The notes: generated by a model not told the origin, from the sequence alone. A stretch of DNA of 64,000 nucleotides from Carcharhinus amblyrhynchos (GCA_965287045.1 OZ336870.1:127100001-127164000), one strand, 5' to 3'. Positions 10,915 through 23,512 are shown, counted from the first letter of the stretch. Program-made: numbers and translations.

Positions 10915-12019
10915 ATAGCCATATTTTGTATCATTTCCACAGCCTCAAAGGCAAAAAGAAATTGGAAAGAAAATGAATTGTGTTATAATGGAGGGTTCTC
11001 CTTTTTGCATGATTGACAGTCCTAACAATGGAGTTAAATGGCTTGGATACCATCAAGGTTTAATAAGCAAAGAAAGCTTTAATTAGGAAGTCACATTTGC
11101 ACCAAAAATAAAACTAATACTGTCAAGACTGCAAGATCAAAAGGAAAAACAAAGGTCAGGGCAGTAATTATTAGACTTTGCAATTAGTCACACTGAAGTG
11201 AGTGTTGTCTGTGAATAGTTTAAATCATGCCCTAGAAATCCATCCAATTACATCTTAAAGCTAAGAGTCAAATCCACTTCCCTGCATATTTTTATTAGTA
11301 GAAGATGATTGTCAAGATGTAATTTGTTTTGGCATTGACCATTTGTAAAACATCATACTGACTACAAGGCAGAGAGCGTGTGGACACTTTGGATTGCAAA
11401 GCTATCTCTCTACTCTGCCCCAACTTAGTCAACCTTGAAGAGTGCACGCTCCAGTTTATCATTCTGACGTTTTTATTTCCCAGATCAGCCTTGTTTTTGT
11501 GATGTTACTTCAATGCCAATCAGTGCTGAGATAAATCTAGATGGACTTCTCTTAGTGCTGTGCACCATCTCCCCTGGAAAATAGTTTCATGCAAGGTTCA
11601 ACAGGAAAGAGCATCCCATTCTCTCAACTGTGTGAACATTAATTCAGGGCCACCAGAGAGAGATTGCAACTTCTTTATTTTCTCTGATCATCCTTGTCAG
11701 GTTTAATTAATTTTACAAATCCCTACAGCCTGTGGCCTATATGCACTGAACCCTTAGAAGTTCAACTTTCTTTTCAAATCTTTTCTACTGAAAAATGTCC
11801 AAAGGTGGTGCTGTAAAACATTTTACAAAAAATTGAAGTTTTTTTGAGTCAAGTGATATTATTGCAGTCATTGAGCAAAAGACAGGCAATAGTTTCTCCA
11901 CCAACAGATATTTGCATGTACATAAACATGCATGCACACATGAGTGTATGGAAGCAAATGCATTTCAAAAAATGCAGCAATATGTTGGTATAATTCTGTA
12001 TATTTTAGAGTAGCAACAT

Positions 12020-12102
12020 ATAGAAACATAGAAGATAGAAGCAAGAGGAGGCCATTCAGTCAATTTTAACCTGCTCTGCTATGCATCACCATCATGGCTG
12101 AT
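12020..12102 (-). mobile_element. CR1 3' tail remnant
   Basis: tagaaacatagaagatagaagcaagaggaggccattcag...catcatggctgat. Confidence 0.7.
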
Positions 12103-14169
12103 ATGGGCCAGTCTACTGACTTAGAGAACTAATTGTTAAGTCCCTACCATTTTCAATGTGGAGCTTCACTGTAAAAGAGGATGTGAAGTAGCATCTAAAA
12201 CAAAGGGCTCGATTTTTTATGAAGTTGGGATGACTCCTGAGCCATTAAAAAATGGCTGACAGGGACTGATTCTGGGATTCCCATCTCTATTTCTAGCGCC
12301 AGGAGTTTTCAATGGTACTGGGTAAGAGAGCTTGCACCCTACAATCACAATATGGTTGACTCCATTGGGTGAAGGCACCTTGGAGCTGTCTGCGATTTTC
12401 ATGGAATCTGGCTAACTTCTCCATGACCCATGGTTAATAGAACCTCAAGATTCGTGAATCATAGTAAGGATTTAGTATCTTTTGAAAGGTAAATTTAAAT
12501 GGTTTTACCCATTTTCCTTCAAAGCCGTTGCCATGTTCACCTTTCCACCATTCTCCAGTCTCTCCAAAGCCTCCTTTCCACCTCCCTGACAGCGATTGGC
12601 CCTCCATGCACATTCATCCAGTGTGCATTTTTCACAGAAACAGAGAACCTTTTGATAATAATGGCAAATAACAAAATATTTAAAAAACTACCCATTCAGA
12701 AATTGTTCAAAAAGAATCTAGTGTTCCAACAATCTTATAAAAGTGCCAGTCAGACGGAGCAATTGTAGCTTCAGTAACAGAGGCTTTATTAAACTTGGCC
12801 AAATGAACATTGCAACATTGACATAAGAGATCACAGAAGGGACAACTTATAACCACATAAAGATTTCACTCTAGCAAACTTAACAACCACATTAGTTATC
12901 AAAACAGAACCCTTACTGAACAAATACACTTGTTAGCATTGGCTCCTAGCCAAGCATTATGGTGGAGAATTGTTTCAATAGAAACAGATGGTCAGATATC
13001 TGGATGACATGGAGGTCATGGGGGTGGCTTGCAGAGTATGAGGGACCATGGTGGATGGGTGAGGCAAAGTTCCAGAGAGCCATGTCAGATGTCCTACCCA
13101 GCTCACCTCAGCAGTTACCCACATCAGTAGAATCCTACACTCTGCTTCCGGGGTGGGCATGTCCGATTCCATCCTGCACCTGCATTCCGGAGTGAAGCAG
13201 AAAACCTTTTACTGAGACAGTCCAACGAGTTGGAAAATTTCCTGACTTGAGTTATTCACCTCCTTTGCCAAATATTGGCCTGAAGGAGCAGTGATGATCT
13301 TTGAGTCACCTCTCCACCTATTTCTTTGTATAGTTGGTATTGCCTTGCATTGAGCTCAGATGTGAAACTTTACTCGCTAAGAGATTCCTCTTGAAAGAGA
13401 GTTAAGTTGCAGCATTACTGTCATTTTATTTTTCTTTGGACAATAAATGGCAATATAGAATGGAATCAAAATGTTTCATTACCCACATTGGACACTTACA
13501 TATAGTTTTTGCTATTTTTAATCCTTGGCAACCTTACTGATTTTTCACTTAATCCCTTTCATGTTATTTTTCTTCCAAGTCCCTATTTATTAATTTTATT
13601 TTAGATTAGATTGGGTTATAGTAATTGAGAAACAAATTGGATCTTGAAGGGAAGCAGGAATTTCATTAAATTAGCTAAATAATGACTTCAGAATAGCTTG
13701 TATCTCATAAGCTTGAATGTCATTTGCAGATACAAGATGTGCAGATAGGCAGCTCTGGGACAAGCTCTCTAAAGGCAGTTGTCACATAGTGACAGCTCAG
13801 TATGACACCTTCTGAAAATGTGGAGCAATCCTTCAACCAAATTAATTAGTTGTCACAAATGATCAAAGGCTATATAACAAGGAGCATGTTGCAGCCAATA
13901 TCTATGTGTTGTATATGATTTGTTGTCTTTTAATTTTTGTGCAATTTTGAGTTCGTAGCTACAGTCCTACTATAGTGTTGCTGAGCCTGTTTCTTCTATT
14001 TTGTTTGTACTTCATCTTACGTGCATTCCCCCCTACCACCATGCATTATTTTATTTCAGTTAATTAGCTCAGTATTAAATTATCTTTTGGTTTCTTGCCT
14101 AGTAAATTGGTGGCACTGTGTTGATGTATTAATGTTCTGTGGCTTCACTCCATTGATGTTGTAACATTC

Positions 14170-14520
14170 ATTCCTGATCATGGCCTCCAGGCCTAAATAC
14201 TCCAACACTCTCCTTGTTGATTCCCTTGCATTCTACTCTACATAAACTCGAACTTGAAGCAGTATTTAATGCCTTTGCTGATCTCCACTAGCTTCCTGCC
14301 TCTCAGTTTATTGATTGCAAATCCCTTTTCATGTCTATAAATTTATCATAACCTCATACTATTCTACCATCTTCAGTGGGCCAATGTCCTAGCTGATACT
14401 ATTCTTCCAACTGTTCCAATGTGCATCCGTCCCGCCAACATTGGTGGCGGAACAATCAGCAATCACATCCCTGACTCGCCAAATTCTCTTCCTAATCACC
14501 TCATTTTTCTTCCATTTACT
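14170..14520 (+). mobile_element. Degraded L2-type LINE 3' fragment
   Basis: tactccaacactctccttg...gctgatctccactagcttcctg...cattggtggcgg pattern, resembling an L2 ORF2 end; heavily diverged. Confidence 0.5.
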
Positions 14521-15881
14521 GTCAGCGTTTATTTTTCCTCTCTCTGTGAAAATACTTTAGGACAAGATTTTGCTTTTCATAATTCCCCCAAAAACTGTTT
14601 TTCCATACACAGCTGCTGTGAGGTGGCAAAGGAAATAGAAAAACTTATCAGACTGACTAAGACTGCTCTTACACATCTCTGTGACAATAGCAAGAACTCT
14701 GCTTGCACACAGTGCATGAAGAATTTTATGATGAGACCAGATACCATTGAACTTTTACACAAATTTTATCGCAGTTGCTTTTAAAGGCGTGTCTTTTATC
14801 GCGAACTCTAGTACTTAGACTGTTCAGTGAATAACTGGGCCAATGCCACTGTTGTGAGGAGCACACACACAGTGGCAACTCACAGGCATTGGTCTTCTGA
14901 AATCTAAGTTAAAATGACTTCAAAATAAAATTGACCTCATAGCTCTAGTGTGCACCATGATAACACAATGAGAGTGCTTACTGTGATAAATGCAGCTAGA
15001 ATAAATGACATCACCTATTTATAGAATGTCTTTGATGTTCAGTAACTACAAGTTCATTGAAAAACTGAACCTATTTTGGAATATGACTTCTAAGAGGACA
15101 ATTAATTTTTCCCACTGCCATTATAGTGGTCGCTGACCACCAGTATTGTGATAAAGCAAATCAAATAATGTTGCTGTGTCTGGAGTATCTGAGTGGCATG
15201 AAAAATGTTTTTTTTAAGCACCTCTGGAGGCAGTGCCACTACTGCTGTCAGCACCAGTAAAAGGACTATTTTCCATTTAAAACAGAAATATCAGTGCAGT
15301 TGGTATTGACGAATAGATTATGCCATTCAAGTCATTTATACAGGCCAACAACATGACTTTATGTATGCGTTAAGTTGCCATGTATGGTGAAGATGCAATT
15401 TGCATAGCAGACAGAACAATGGAAAGCTATGGAATCTGTGTTCCAAAATAAACTAGACAGTTTTCTCCCACCCACTCCCTTCCTGAGGGATTACTGCAAA
15501 CTTGCTTGTTGAAGCAGTTCGACAATATTAAACCACCATAAGAGAAACGCACACTATGAAGATGACAGGCCATTAACTGGAAGTGACAATCAAACTGATT
15601 CTCGGGACAAACATAGTGCCAAGAATCAGGTAGGAAGGTTTCAACCTCTATTTTGATGACTGTCCTGACTTGCCAGCAAGTGCACTTTAGCATTTTGTAT
15701 CCTGTCACGCTGGAGTGATGTGCAGTCTGACATTCCATGCTTTCTTGTGCTTGTTCTGCCAGTCAAAAGACAAAGAAGGTGGTGCAAGGGGAAATAAATA
15801 AATGATGATTTGCATTCATCAGGGATAGACAAGACAATAAATGGAGTCTTTGCTGATTAAATGTTGATGGCACAGCTGATG

Positions 15882-15934
15882 TGTGCAGTCAAAGGGTAGA
15901 ATCTGTTTAATGCCAAATACTCTCCAGATAAATT
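15882..15934 (+). repeat. 53-bp dispersed direct repeat, copy 1
   Basis: tgtgcagtcaaagggtagaatctgtttaatgccaaatactctccagataaatt; 47/53 identical to 17404-17456. Confidence 0.9.
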
Positions 15935-16602
15935 CAATTGCAGTAATCTTTGGGAACTAAATGAAAATGACAGCATCATGTTGGAAAATTCATATTTCAG
16001 TATTGCCAGATTTGATGTTTTTGCTATAGCTTGATAGTGAATATGGTGATAAAATTATAACTCTGCTTACACAATTCCTGTGTTGTCTAGATTGAGGTGC
16101 ATTTGGTGTTGCAGATCACTGATTTTTACTTTGATCACAGTGACATACTAAAGGTTTACACAATAATGCAGTGCAATGGTAGTGAATATTTGATACGGAA
16201 ATGGTTTTTGGCCAACTCTGTTGTGATAGATGAATGACAAAGTAAGTCAGTATCATAGCTCGATCTCAGCAGGGTTTAATTTTTTGCATGGTAAATCTTG
16301 TAACAGCGATAAACATCCAATAACTGGACAGGGAATATTTCCTGTAAAATAATTAATTCAGAATAATTAAACTGAAATTATGACGGTTGGGAACAAATTA
16401 TATCTTATGCTTAATTGAATTCAGATGGCATTATCAATTGTACATTGGAGGAAGGTTTTACACATTCCATCAAAGTGAGGATTGCTAGAGAGCTGATGGC
16501 AAAATATAAATTGATGGCATAAATTTCAAAGCCTAAGTAGCAGAATATGGAGATGAACATAGATCTATTTCACTTTTGTCAAAAGAACAGATTTAAATAT
16601 AC

Positions 16603-16627
16603 TCAGCAGCGCATATACTAAAATTTG
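16603..16627 (+). pseudogene. Possible U6 snRNA 5' fragment
   Basis: tcagcagcgcatatactaaaatttg versus U6 tcggcagcacatatactaaaattgg is 22/25 by eye; there is no further match. Confidence 0.3.
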
Positions 16628-17179
16628 CATCTATAAGTAGTCTGGTTGGTCTGCAAGCTGGAGAATGCGAAATGCTACAACACTATGAACAGGACGTAAC
16701 AGTGTTTACATTTGTAACAATTGTTACTGATGTGATTATAACGGGAAATGAGTTGCTGCAAAGAAAAAGACTGCAGTGAGAGTGAGAATTTATAGAAATT
16801 ATGAAATAATTGGCGCTCTTCACCAGTTGATTCCTTTTCAGCCTTGAGCATTATTCATAGTCCATCCTTTAATTTTTTCATCGTTTATACTCTTTATCAA
16901 AGGATCATCTTCAGGTTGAAAGTCTGGCTGATCCATGCTGTGCAATTTTCTTTGACAACCGACAATGATATTATGATTTCCCTTGTCCTCACATGGGAAC
17001 ATTTTACGTTACCACCTAGTAGTCAGGCCAGGAGGTGAGTGATTGTAATGGACCAGCCCAATATACATTCCTTCCCCTTTGTGTTAGCGAACAAGTATTG
17101 TGATCAATAGGGTTGTCAGATGCCCCAAATGTACACTCGGATTCAACTAAAATGGCAATTTTTAATTGATATCTTAACA

Positions 17180-17345
17180 CCATCCATGCAGCACTCTGGA
17201 TTTCTCTCCCTAAAGCCCGTCTCTTCACTGCACCTATTGTTTCCTTCTGGCACAGTACCCATTTTTGTCTGATTATGCCAGTGTGAAGTGCTGCAGGATA
17301 TTTTCCAATGTTAAACATGCCATATAAATGCATGTTGGCTGTTGA
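17180..17345 (+). mobile_element. L2-type LINE 3' tail
   Basis: ctctggatttctctccctaaagc...gtgtgaagtgctgcaggatattttccaatgttaaacatgccatataaatgcatgttg. Confidence 0.6.
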
Positions 17346-17403
17346 TGATAACGTGAAAGCAGTGATGATTCTTTTGGTTGGTGGTGTAGGCTGCAGGGAA
17401 ATC

Positions 17404-17456
17404 TATGTAGTCAAAGGGCAAAATCTGTTTAATGCTAAATAATCTCCAGATAAATT
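17404..17456 (+). repeat. 53-bp dispersed direct repeat, copy 2
   Basis: tatgtagtcaaagggcaaaatctgtttaatgctaaataatctccagataaatt. Confidence 0.9.
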
Positions 17457-18094
17457 GAAGTTATTGAAACTGCAGTGCTTGCAACACAGCTAACCAAAGC
17501 CTCTTTTTGTGCAAAGAAAATGCATTATAGCGTGACATTCTATTCTTTAACATCAACACTCAAATAAAAATTATATAGCTAGGGTGAGAAATTGGCTCCT
17601 GAAGCAATGTTTTTGGGATCTATATGTGCCCTTAGAGCCACAAAATGATGATCGCTGTGCTCATGTGATGAAAATGCACTGTCATCTTGCTGTAAGCAGG
17701 CAAAAAGTGAATATCCATGTGGGATAAGCAATTAATGATATGCAATGCTGTGCTGACACCAACATTGATACTCGAAAGCTTACAGCTCCAGCTTATACTC
17801 CCTCTTAAGTTTGCACAACTGAAACACGTAAAGCAACAAGAAGGGCTAATTAAAGGGGTTATCAACTGCTTAGAAGTTAATTGCTGTTTTCCTTTCTGGC
17901 TAGTTCTATGAATCTACTTTTTTTTGGTGCTTTCGGTAGTTGTTACAAGTTTCAAACTTATCCAGGTGCTGAAGGAGCTTTTTCTAACTTCAAGGCTTTT
18001 GAGAAAACCAGTTGCTCCCAGACTTGGATGCACTGGTTCCTCTTAGAACAGAGCAGGAATGGGAGAATCAGCAGCTGAGTAAGCAAGCTGCTAG

Positions 18095-18262
18095 AAGGCA
18101 TTTCCCATACTGGCTTAGGTTATTCATCAAAAACCCGCCTTCTCAACTTTGCCCCTCGCCTGAGGTGTGGTGATGCTCAGATTAAATCACCACCAATCAG
18201 CTCTCCGCCTCAAACAGGAGGGCAGCCTATGGTCATTGGGTGCTATGGTGACTTTCATCTTT
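18095..18262 (+). mobile_element. Shark SINE 3' half
   Basis: ccgccttctcaactttgcccctcgcctgaggtgtggtgatgctcagattaaatcaccacc...gcagcctatggtc, recognised from memory as a common chondrichthyan SINE body. Confidence 0.55.
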
Positions 18263-18289
18263 TTACACCTGCCTGCTGTTTAGGGAACA

Positions 18290-19905
18290 ATTCTTCTACC
18301 TGTAACTCAACAAGGAACAGGTAGAAGCACAGCGCTAAAGCAGAACAAATTACAACAATTAAAATGGGACTTAGTGAATATAAAAAGGAAGAGAGTTGAG
18401 GCTGGGGAATTAATAATGGCAACAAGGAAAAGGAAGAGGCTTTAAACAAGTTATTTCGAGGGTACAGAAAAGTCCCAATAATAATAGTAGAATGTCAAGG
18501 AGCAAAAGTGAGGGAGGAATTTAAAACAATCATGATCAGTAGAGACTGAAAAGTCTCCAGAATCTGATACCATACTTGATAAGATGCTTTTTCAGAGAGT
18601 TGGTGCAAACCCTATGGGCCAAATTGCCGCCTCCTGCACCGAAGGGATTCTATGGTTCTATGTAGCAAGCAGGGTGGATAAAGGGGAACCAGTAGATGTG
18701 ATGTATTTGGATTTCCAAAAGATATTTGTTAACGTATCACATAAAAGATGCCATGTGATAAGAGTTCATTGTTTGGGGGTGATCTATTAGCATGAATAGA
18801 TGATTGGTTCACAGTGACAAAAAAATTGCCAGATGGAGCATAGAGGGAAAATGTGAAATTGTCTACTTTGGCAGGAAGAATAGGAAAACAGAACATTGTT
18901 AAATAGAGAGAGACTCCAGAATTCTGTGTCATGCGGTGCCCTCATACATGAATCACAAATAGTTAGCATGCAGATGGAACAAATAATTAGGAAGACAAAT
19001 GGAATGTTGTATGTTATTGCAAAGGTCTTGGAGTATACCATTAGGAAAGTCTTGATACAACTATCTAGGCCTGTAATAAACTGAAGGCAACTCATTGTGG
19101 CTTGAAGTATATGGGGGTTTAATACCAACAATAAATAGATATATACAAACAAGGATCTGACAGAAATAATTATGTAACTATTCTCCACTCCTTTCTGGAT
19201 CCAACTGAGGATCCTTCCCAACCGTGGATGTAGGCCCTTACATGCAGTTGGTTCGGTTTCCTACACTGCCGTTCCATAGAGTCCGGCCCAATCACATGGT
19301 CCTCAGATATCACCCCCTTAAAGGGGCCAAGTTAACACAAAGACATTGGTGAGACAGCACATAGAGTATTGCATACAGTTTTTATTTCTTTACTTCATAC
19401 TTGCATTGGAGGCAGTTCAATTAAGCTTCATTAGGTTGATGAAAAAGTTATCTTATAAGGCAAGGTTGAGCAGTTGGGCCAGTGCTTAGTGAAGCTTAGA
19501 GGAATGAGAGGCTATCTTATTGAAACATGAAGTTTCTGAGGGGCCTTGGTAGAGTCCATGTTAAGTGGATGTATCCCCTTCTGGGAGAATCTAAACCTAG
19601 CGAGCACAGTTTTAAAAATAAGAAGTCTCCCATATAAGATGGAGGTGAGTGGTTATTCGTCTCTCACACGGTTGTTAATCTTTGGAATTCTCTTCCCTAG
19701 AGAGCAGCAGAGGCTGGGTCATTGAATATGTTCAAGGCTGACTTATGCTGATTTTTGACGTATGAGGGAGTTGAGCATTTTTAGAGGTAGGTTGGAAAAT
19801 AGAGTTGAAGTCACAATCAGATCAGTCAGGATCTTATTGAATGGTGGAGCAGGATTGAGGGGCCAGATGGCCTACTCCTGTGCCCATTCCTTCTGGCCTT
19901 GTGTT
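18290..19905 (+). mobile_element. Old, fragmented CR1 LINE containing a SINE tail (~18575-18661) and a solo LTR
   Basis: RVDKGEPVDVMYLDFQK (RT motif) and QIIRKTNGML; 3' tail gaatggtggagcaggattgaggggccagatggcctactcctg. Confidence 0.85.
19072..19339 (-). mobile_element. Probable solo LTR nested in CR1
   Basis: A TG...CA bounded insert that interrupts the CR1 'LYRALVRP' codons (caactatctaggcc | aagacattggtgagac). The TSD is degenerate. Confidence 0.65.
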
Positions 19906-20129
19906 CATTCACCATCACATCATCCTCTTGGCCACAGTACAAGAATAAAATGACCACAATATAAACATTACATTCCAAGCTTATACATGAAATATTGCCC
20001 GATCATATAAACATAAACTAATCGCTCTGGTGTATTGCTTTATTTGTTTCCTTCCATGTCCCTTTACTGATCCCCAGTGTTCCATGCAATGTTATCCAAA
20101 TGGCTGCAGTGTGGCTGGTGGGAACTGTT

Positions 20130-21540
20130 GAATTTCAATGGGAGAGACTGCAGATGCCCTTGTACCTGTGATGAAAAGAATCAGTGTTTAAGTTGCTGGC
20201 ATGGTGCCAATCAAGTTCTTTATCCTGGTAAATGCTGAGCTTCTGGAGTGTTGTTTGAACTGCCCTCATTCAAGCAAGTTGAGAATTTCCATTACACTCC
20301 CAACATATTCCTTGTAGGTGGTGGGCAGGCTTCGAGGAGTACACAGCTGATTCAGTTGCTGCAGATTTCTAAGTCTGTGCAGCCAAAGTAATTGAGTGTT
20401 TGGTCCAGTTAATCTCTGGTCAGTGATAATCTCCAGGACGTTGGTGGTGAGGGATTCAGCAATGACAACGCAGTTGAACATCAAGTGGAAATGATTAGGT
20501 TCCCTCTTTTTAGGGATGGTCATTGTTTGGCACTTGTATGGTGCAAATCTTACCTGTCCCTTATAGGTGCACACCTGAATGTTATCCAACTGTGAGTGCA
20601 AACTGCTTCACTATCTGAGAAGCTGTGATTGCTACCAAAAATTGTGCAACTATCAATAAATAAAATCCAGTTTTGATCTTCTGATGGAAAGAAGATCTTT
20701 TGAGGAAGCAGTTGAAGATGGTTGCTCGTAGGGCACAATGCTGAGGAACTCCTGCAGCAATGTCCTAAGGCTGAGATGATCAGCTCCAACCAACCATAAC
20801 CATCTTCTTTCGTACTGCACAAGCCTCCAGTCATTGGAGAGTAGCCCTCTCCCCATCTTGTCCCCCAACTCCAATTAGCTTCAGCTTTACTGAGGATCCT
20901 TGATGTCACATTCAATGCAACACTGACTTGATACCAAAGGCAGTTGCTCTCACTTCAACTCCTGAGTTTGATTCTTTTGTTCATGTTTGAACTCGGGTGG
21001 TAATGCCTGATGCTGTGTAATGATGCAGAATCTAAATTCAGCATTGGTAACCAAATTATTGCTGAATAAGAGCCACTTGACAACAGTGTTGAGAACATTA
21101 CTTTGCTGATGGTTGAGAGTAGACTGATGGAGCAATAAGTAGCTGGATTGTGGACAGAGCATATCTGGGCAATTTTCCGCATTGTCCCGCCAATATGATA
21201 GTGCTACTGGAATACCTCAACTAGAAGCTTAGCTAGAGCTGGAGCACAAATCTTTGGCATTGTAATGGGATGTTGTCAGAGTTTATAGCCTTTGTTATGT
21301 CCTCTATGCTTAGCCATTTTTTGATATCATGGAGTGAATTGAATTGGTTGTAGGCTGACGAGAGGGTGGAGGCTTCAGGAGAAGGCAGAGGTTGATCTCC
21401 CACTCAGCACTTCTGGCTGAAGAAGTTGCAGACGGTTCAGACTGGTCCTTTGCACTGATGTGATGGACCCTGCCTTTATTCAGGATGGGAATGTTTGCGA
21501 AGCCTCTTCTCCAGTTAGTCATTTAATTGTCCACCACCAT
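20130..21540 (-). mobile_element. Degenerate non-LTR retrotransposon RT region (CR1/L2/Jockey group, distinct family)
   Basis: ORF pieces HNPATYCSISLLSTISKVM, FSDSEAV, LDNIQV...QVRFAPYKCQTMTI and TPRSLPTTYKEYVGSVME are collinear with a LINE RT domain. Confidence 0.85.
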
Positions 21541-21659
21541 GTTATGCATGTTAGGTACGAGTGGCGATTGATAAATAGTACTGGTTTGTAAGTAATGGGG
21601 TGTGATGATTTGAGCTGTGTCTGTGATTAAAAGTGCAAAAGCAGGATATTTCGCTTAGT

Positions 21660-21890
21660 TTGAAATTTTTGTGATGTCCTTAATCTTTTTGTGGCATTGT
21701 ATTCAAGTTCTCAGGGCTTGACTTCTGCCGTTGGCCTTCTTGGTTATCTGCTTCCACTGCCTTTTTATTATATGTCCGGAAGATTTTTTGGCCCTTGTGG
21801 ATATGGAGCATCTCTCCTGCTTTCCACCTGCTCCATCAGTACTTCCAATGCAGAGCTCAAATATCTCCGCTGTTTGGTTATTTTCATCTT
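21660..21890 (-). pseudogene. Harbinger Myb/SANT gene remnant (third copy)
   Basis: Reads SALEVLMEQVESRRDAPYPQG / AKKSSGHIIKRQWKQITKKANGRSQALRT*IQCHKKIKDITK, with one frameshift and a W-to-stop change. Confidence 0.75.
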
Positions 21891-23044
21891 TCACAGGCCA
21901 TTTTCAGCTGCCACAGCACTCCTAGCATATGCTTCTGTCACAGTGCACCTCTACGCAGGCTAGTTTTGAGCTAGTATTGATTTTGGTCTCAACTGATGCA
22001 TGCAGCCGATCAACAGTGTGTTTAGTGCTTGCTGCATACAGAAGTTGTGGTGTTGAGTAGGCAGTCAGAAGATAGTCTGCTGTTTCCATTACATCCAAGC
22101 AGCACTAATTATGCATCACAAGTCCCACACCCATTTTAGTGGACCAAGTTATCCCCTGCTTGTTTTTTTTAAGCAAAGGGCATGGAGTGGAGCTAATTCT
22201 GTGTATTCGAGAAAACTCTTCCTCTATCCCAGTCAGGGAAGTATGGGTGCTGTGGTGATGATTTTCCATTCATTGGGACTGTAAAATTGTGGGCAGCACA
22301 CACACTGTTCGTCGATGTAGGTTTGTAGCTCTGTCAGCGGTTCAAATTCAGAAAATGATCAAATCCCTTCCCGTGAGTTGTTTTTGGAAATCTTCCTTCA
22401 CCACCACTTTAGTGGAAGGATTTTAGCAACTGAGCTATTCTACATCATTCTCTTGCATGACAGATTTCTGTTAACTCTATACATCACCCTTTCACTACAT
22501 TGTGACTGGCCCATTATTAAAGATGCTTATTATTGTAAGTGGTGACTATCATCGTTTCTATAAAGTACTGTTAAATAATAAATAAAATGCATCAATAAGA
22601 GCAAATGGCTTGACTACACTAAGGAATATCACATTCTGAATGCATTGTCAAACGGTATATTCATTCATTCTTGTCAAAAATTAAGAAGTTAGCATACTCA
22701 GTAAGTAATTTCCAAGTCAGCGTTTCTCTGACCTTAGTTGCACTGTGAATAGAGTGCAAGCACTGCAGTGCAGGGATGCAGAATAGGCAGGGATGCTCCA
22801 TCTTGAGGTGTACAGACTACTGTCAGTGGGAGTTTATAATTGAGTCATGTAGCATATTACAACAAGTAAATTCAGCATCGCAAAATTCCTTGGGATATGA
22901 ATTCAGTAGAGCCAAATACTGAACGTGAGAATCCCCAGTGGGCGAATTCTGAAAAGCAGGTAGCATATTAACCTCATGCTACCTCTCATTTTGATGATTT
23001 CAATGTCCAGGAAGCACTAACCATGGTTGTTGACTGTGTGGACA

Positions 23045-23279
23045 CATAGAACATAGAACATTACAGCACAAATGGGCCCTTTGGCCCACAAGTTGCACCG
23101 ATCATATCCATACCTACCAGGCCTATCTATAACTCTCAATCCCATTTAAATCCCATGTACTCATCCAGAAGTCTCTTAAATGACCCCAGCGAGTTTGCCT
23201 CTACCACCACCGACGGCAGCCGATTCCACTCACTCACCACCCTCTGAGTGAAAAACTTACCCCTGACATCTCCTCTGTA
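23045..23279 (-). mobile_element. CR1 3' end
   Basis: catagaacatagaacattacagcac tail and caccaccctctgagtgaaaaacttacccctgac. Confidence 0.85.
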
Positions 23280-23280
23280 G

Positions 23281-23512
23281 AGGGGGAGCACGTCAGCAGA
23301 CAGGGAGTATCGTGGAATTCCAAAAGACGTTGGCCAAAATCATTATGCAAGATAAGGGCTCATCGAGTTGGGGGTGGTAGTTTAGAATAGATAGAGGATT
23401 ATTTAATGGATAGCAGACAATAGAGATACATGGGATATTTTCAAGCAGGCTATCTCTAGTGGAGTGCCACAAGGATCAGTGTTGGAGCCTTAGCTGCTTA
23501 CAATCTATATTA
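23281..23512 (+). mobile_element. Old CR1 RT fragment
   Basis: agtggagtgccacaaggatcagtgttggagcc encodes SGVPQGSVL. Confidence 0.7.

Noticed and set aside
23045-23512. Inverted CR1 pieces as a twin-priming product
   Set aside because: The + RT fragment is more degraded and not contiguous with the - tail in CR1 coordinates, so independent insertions are more likely.
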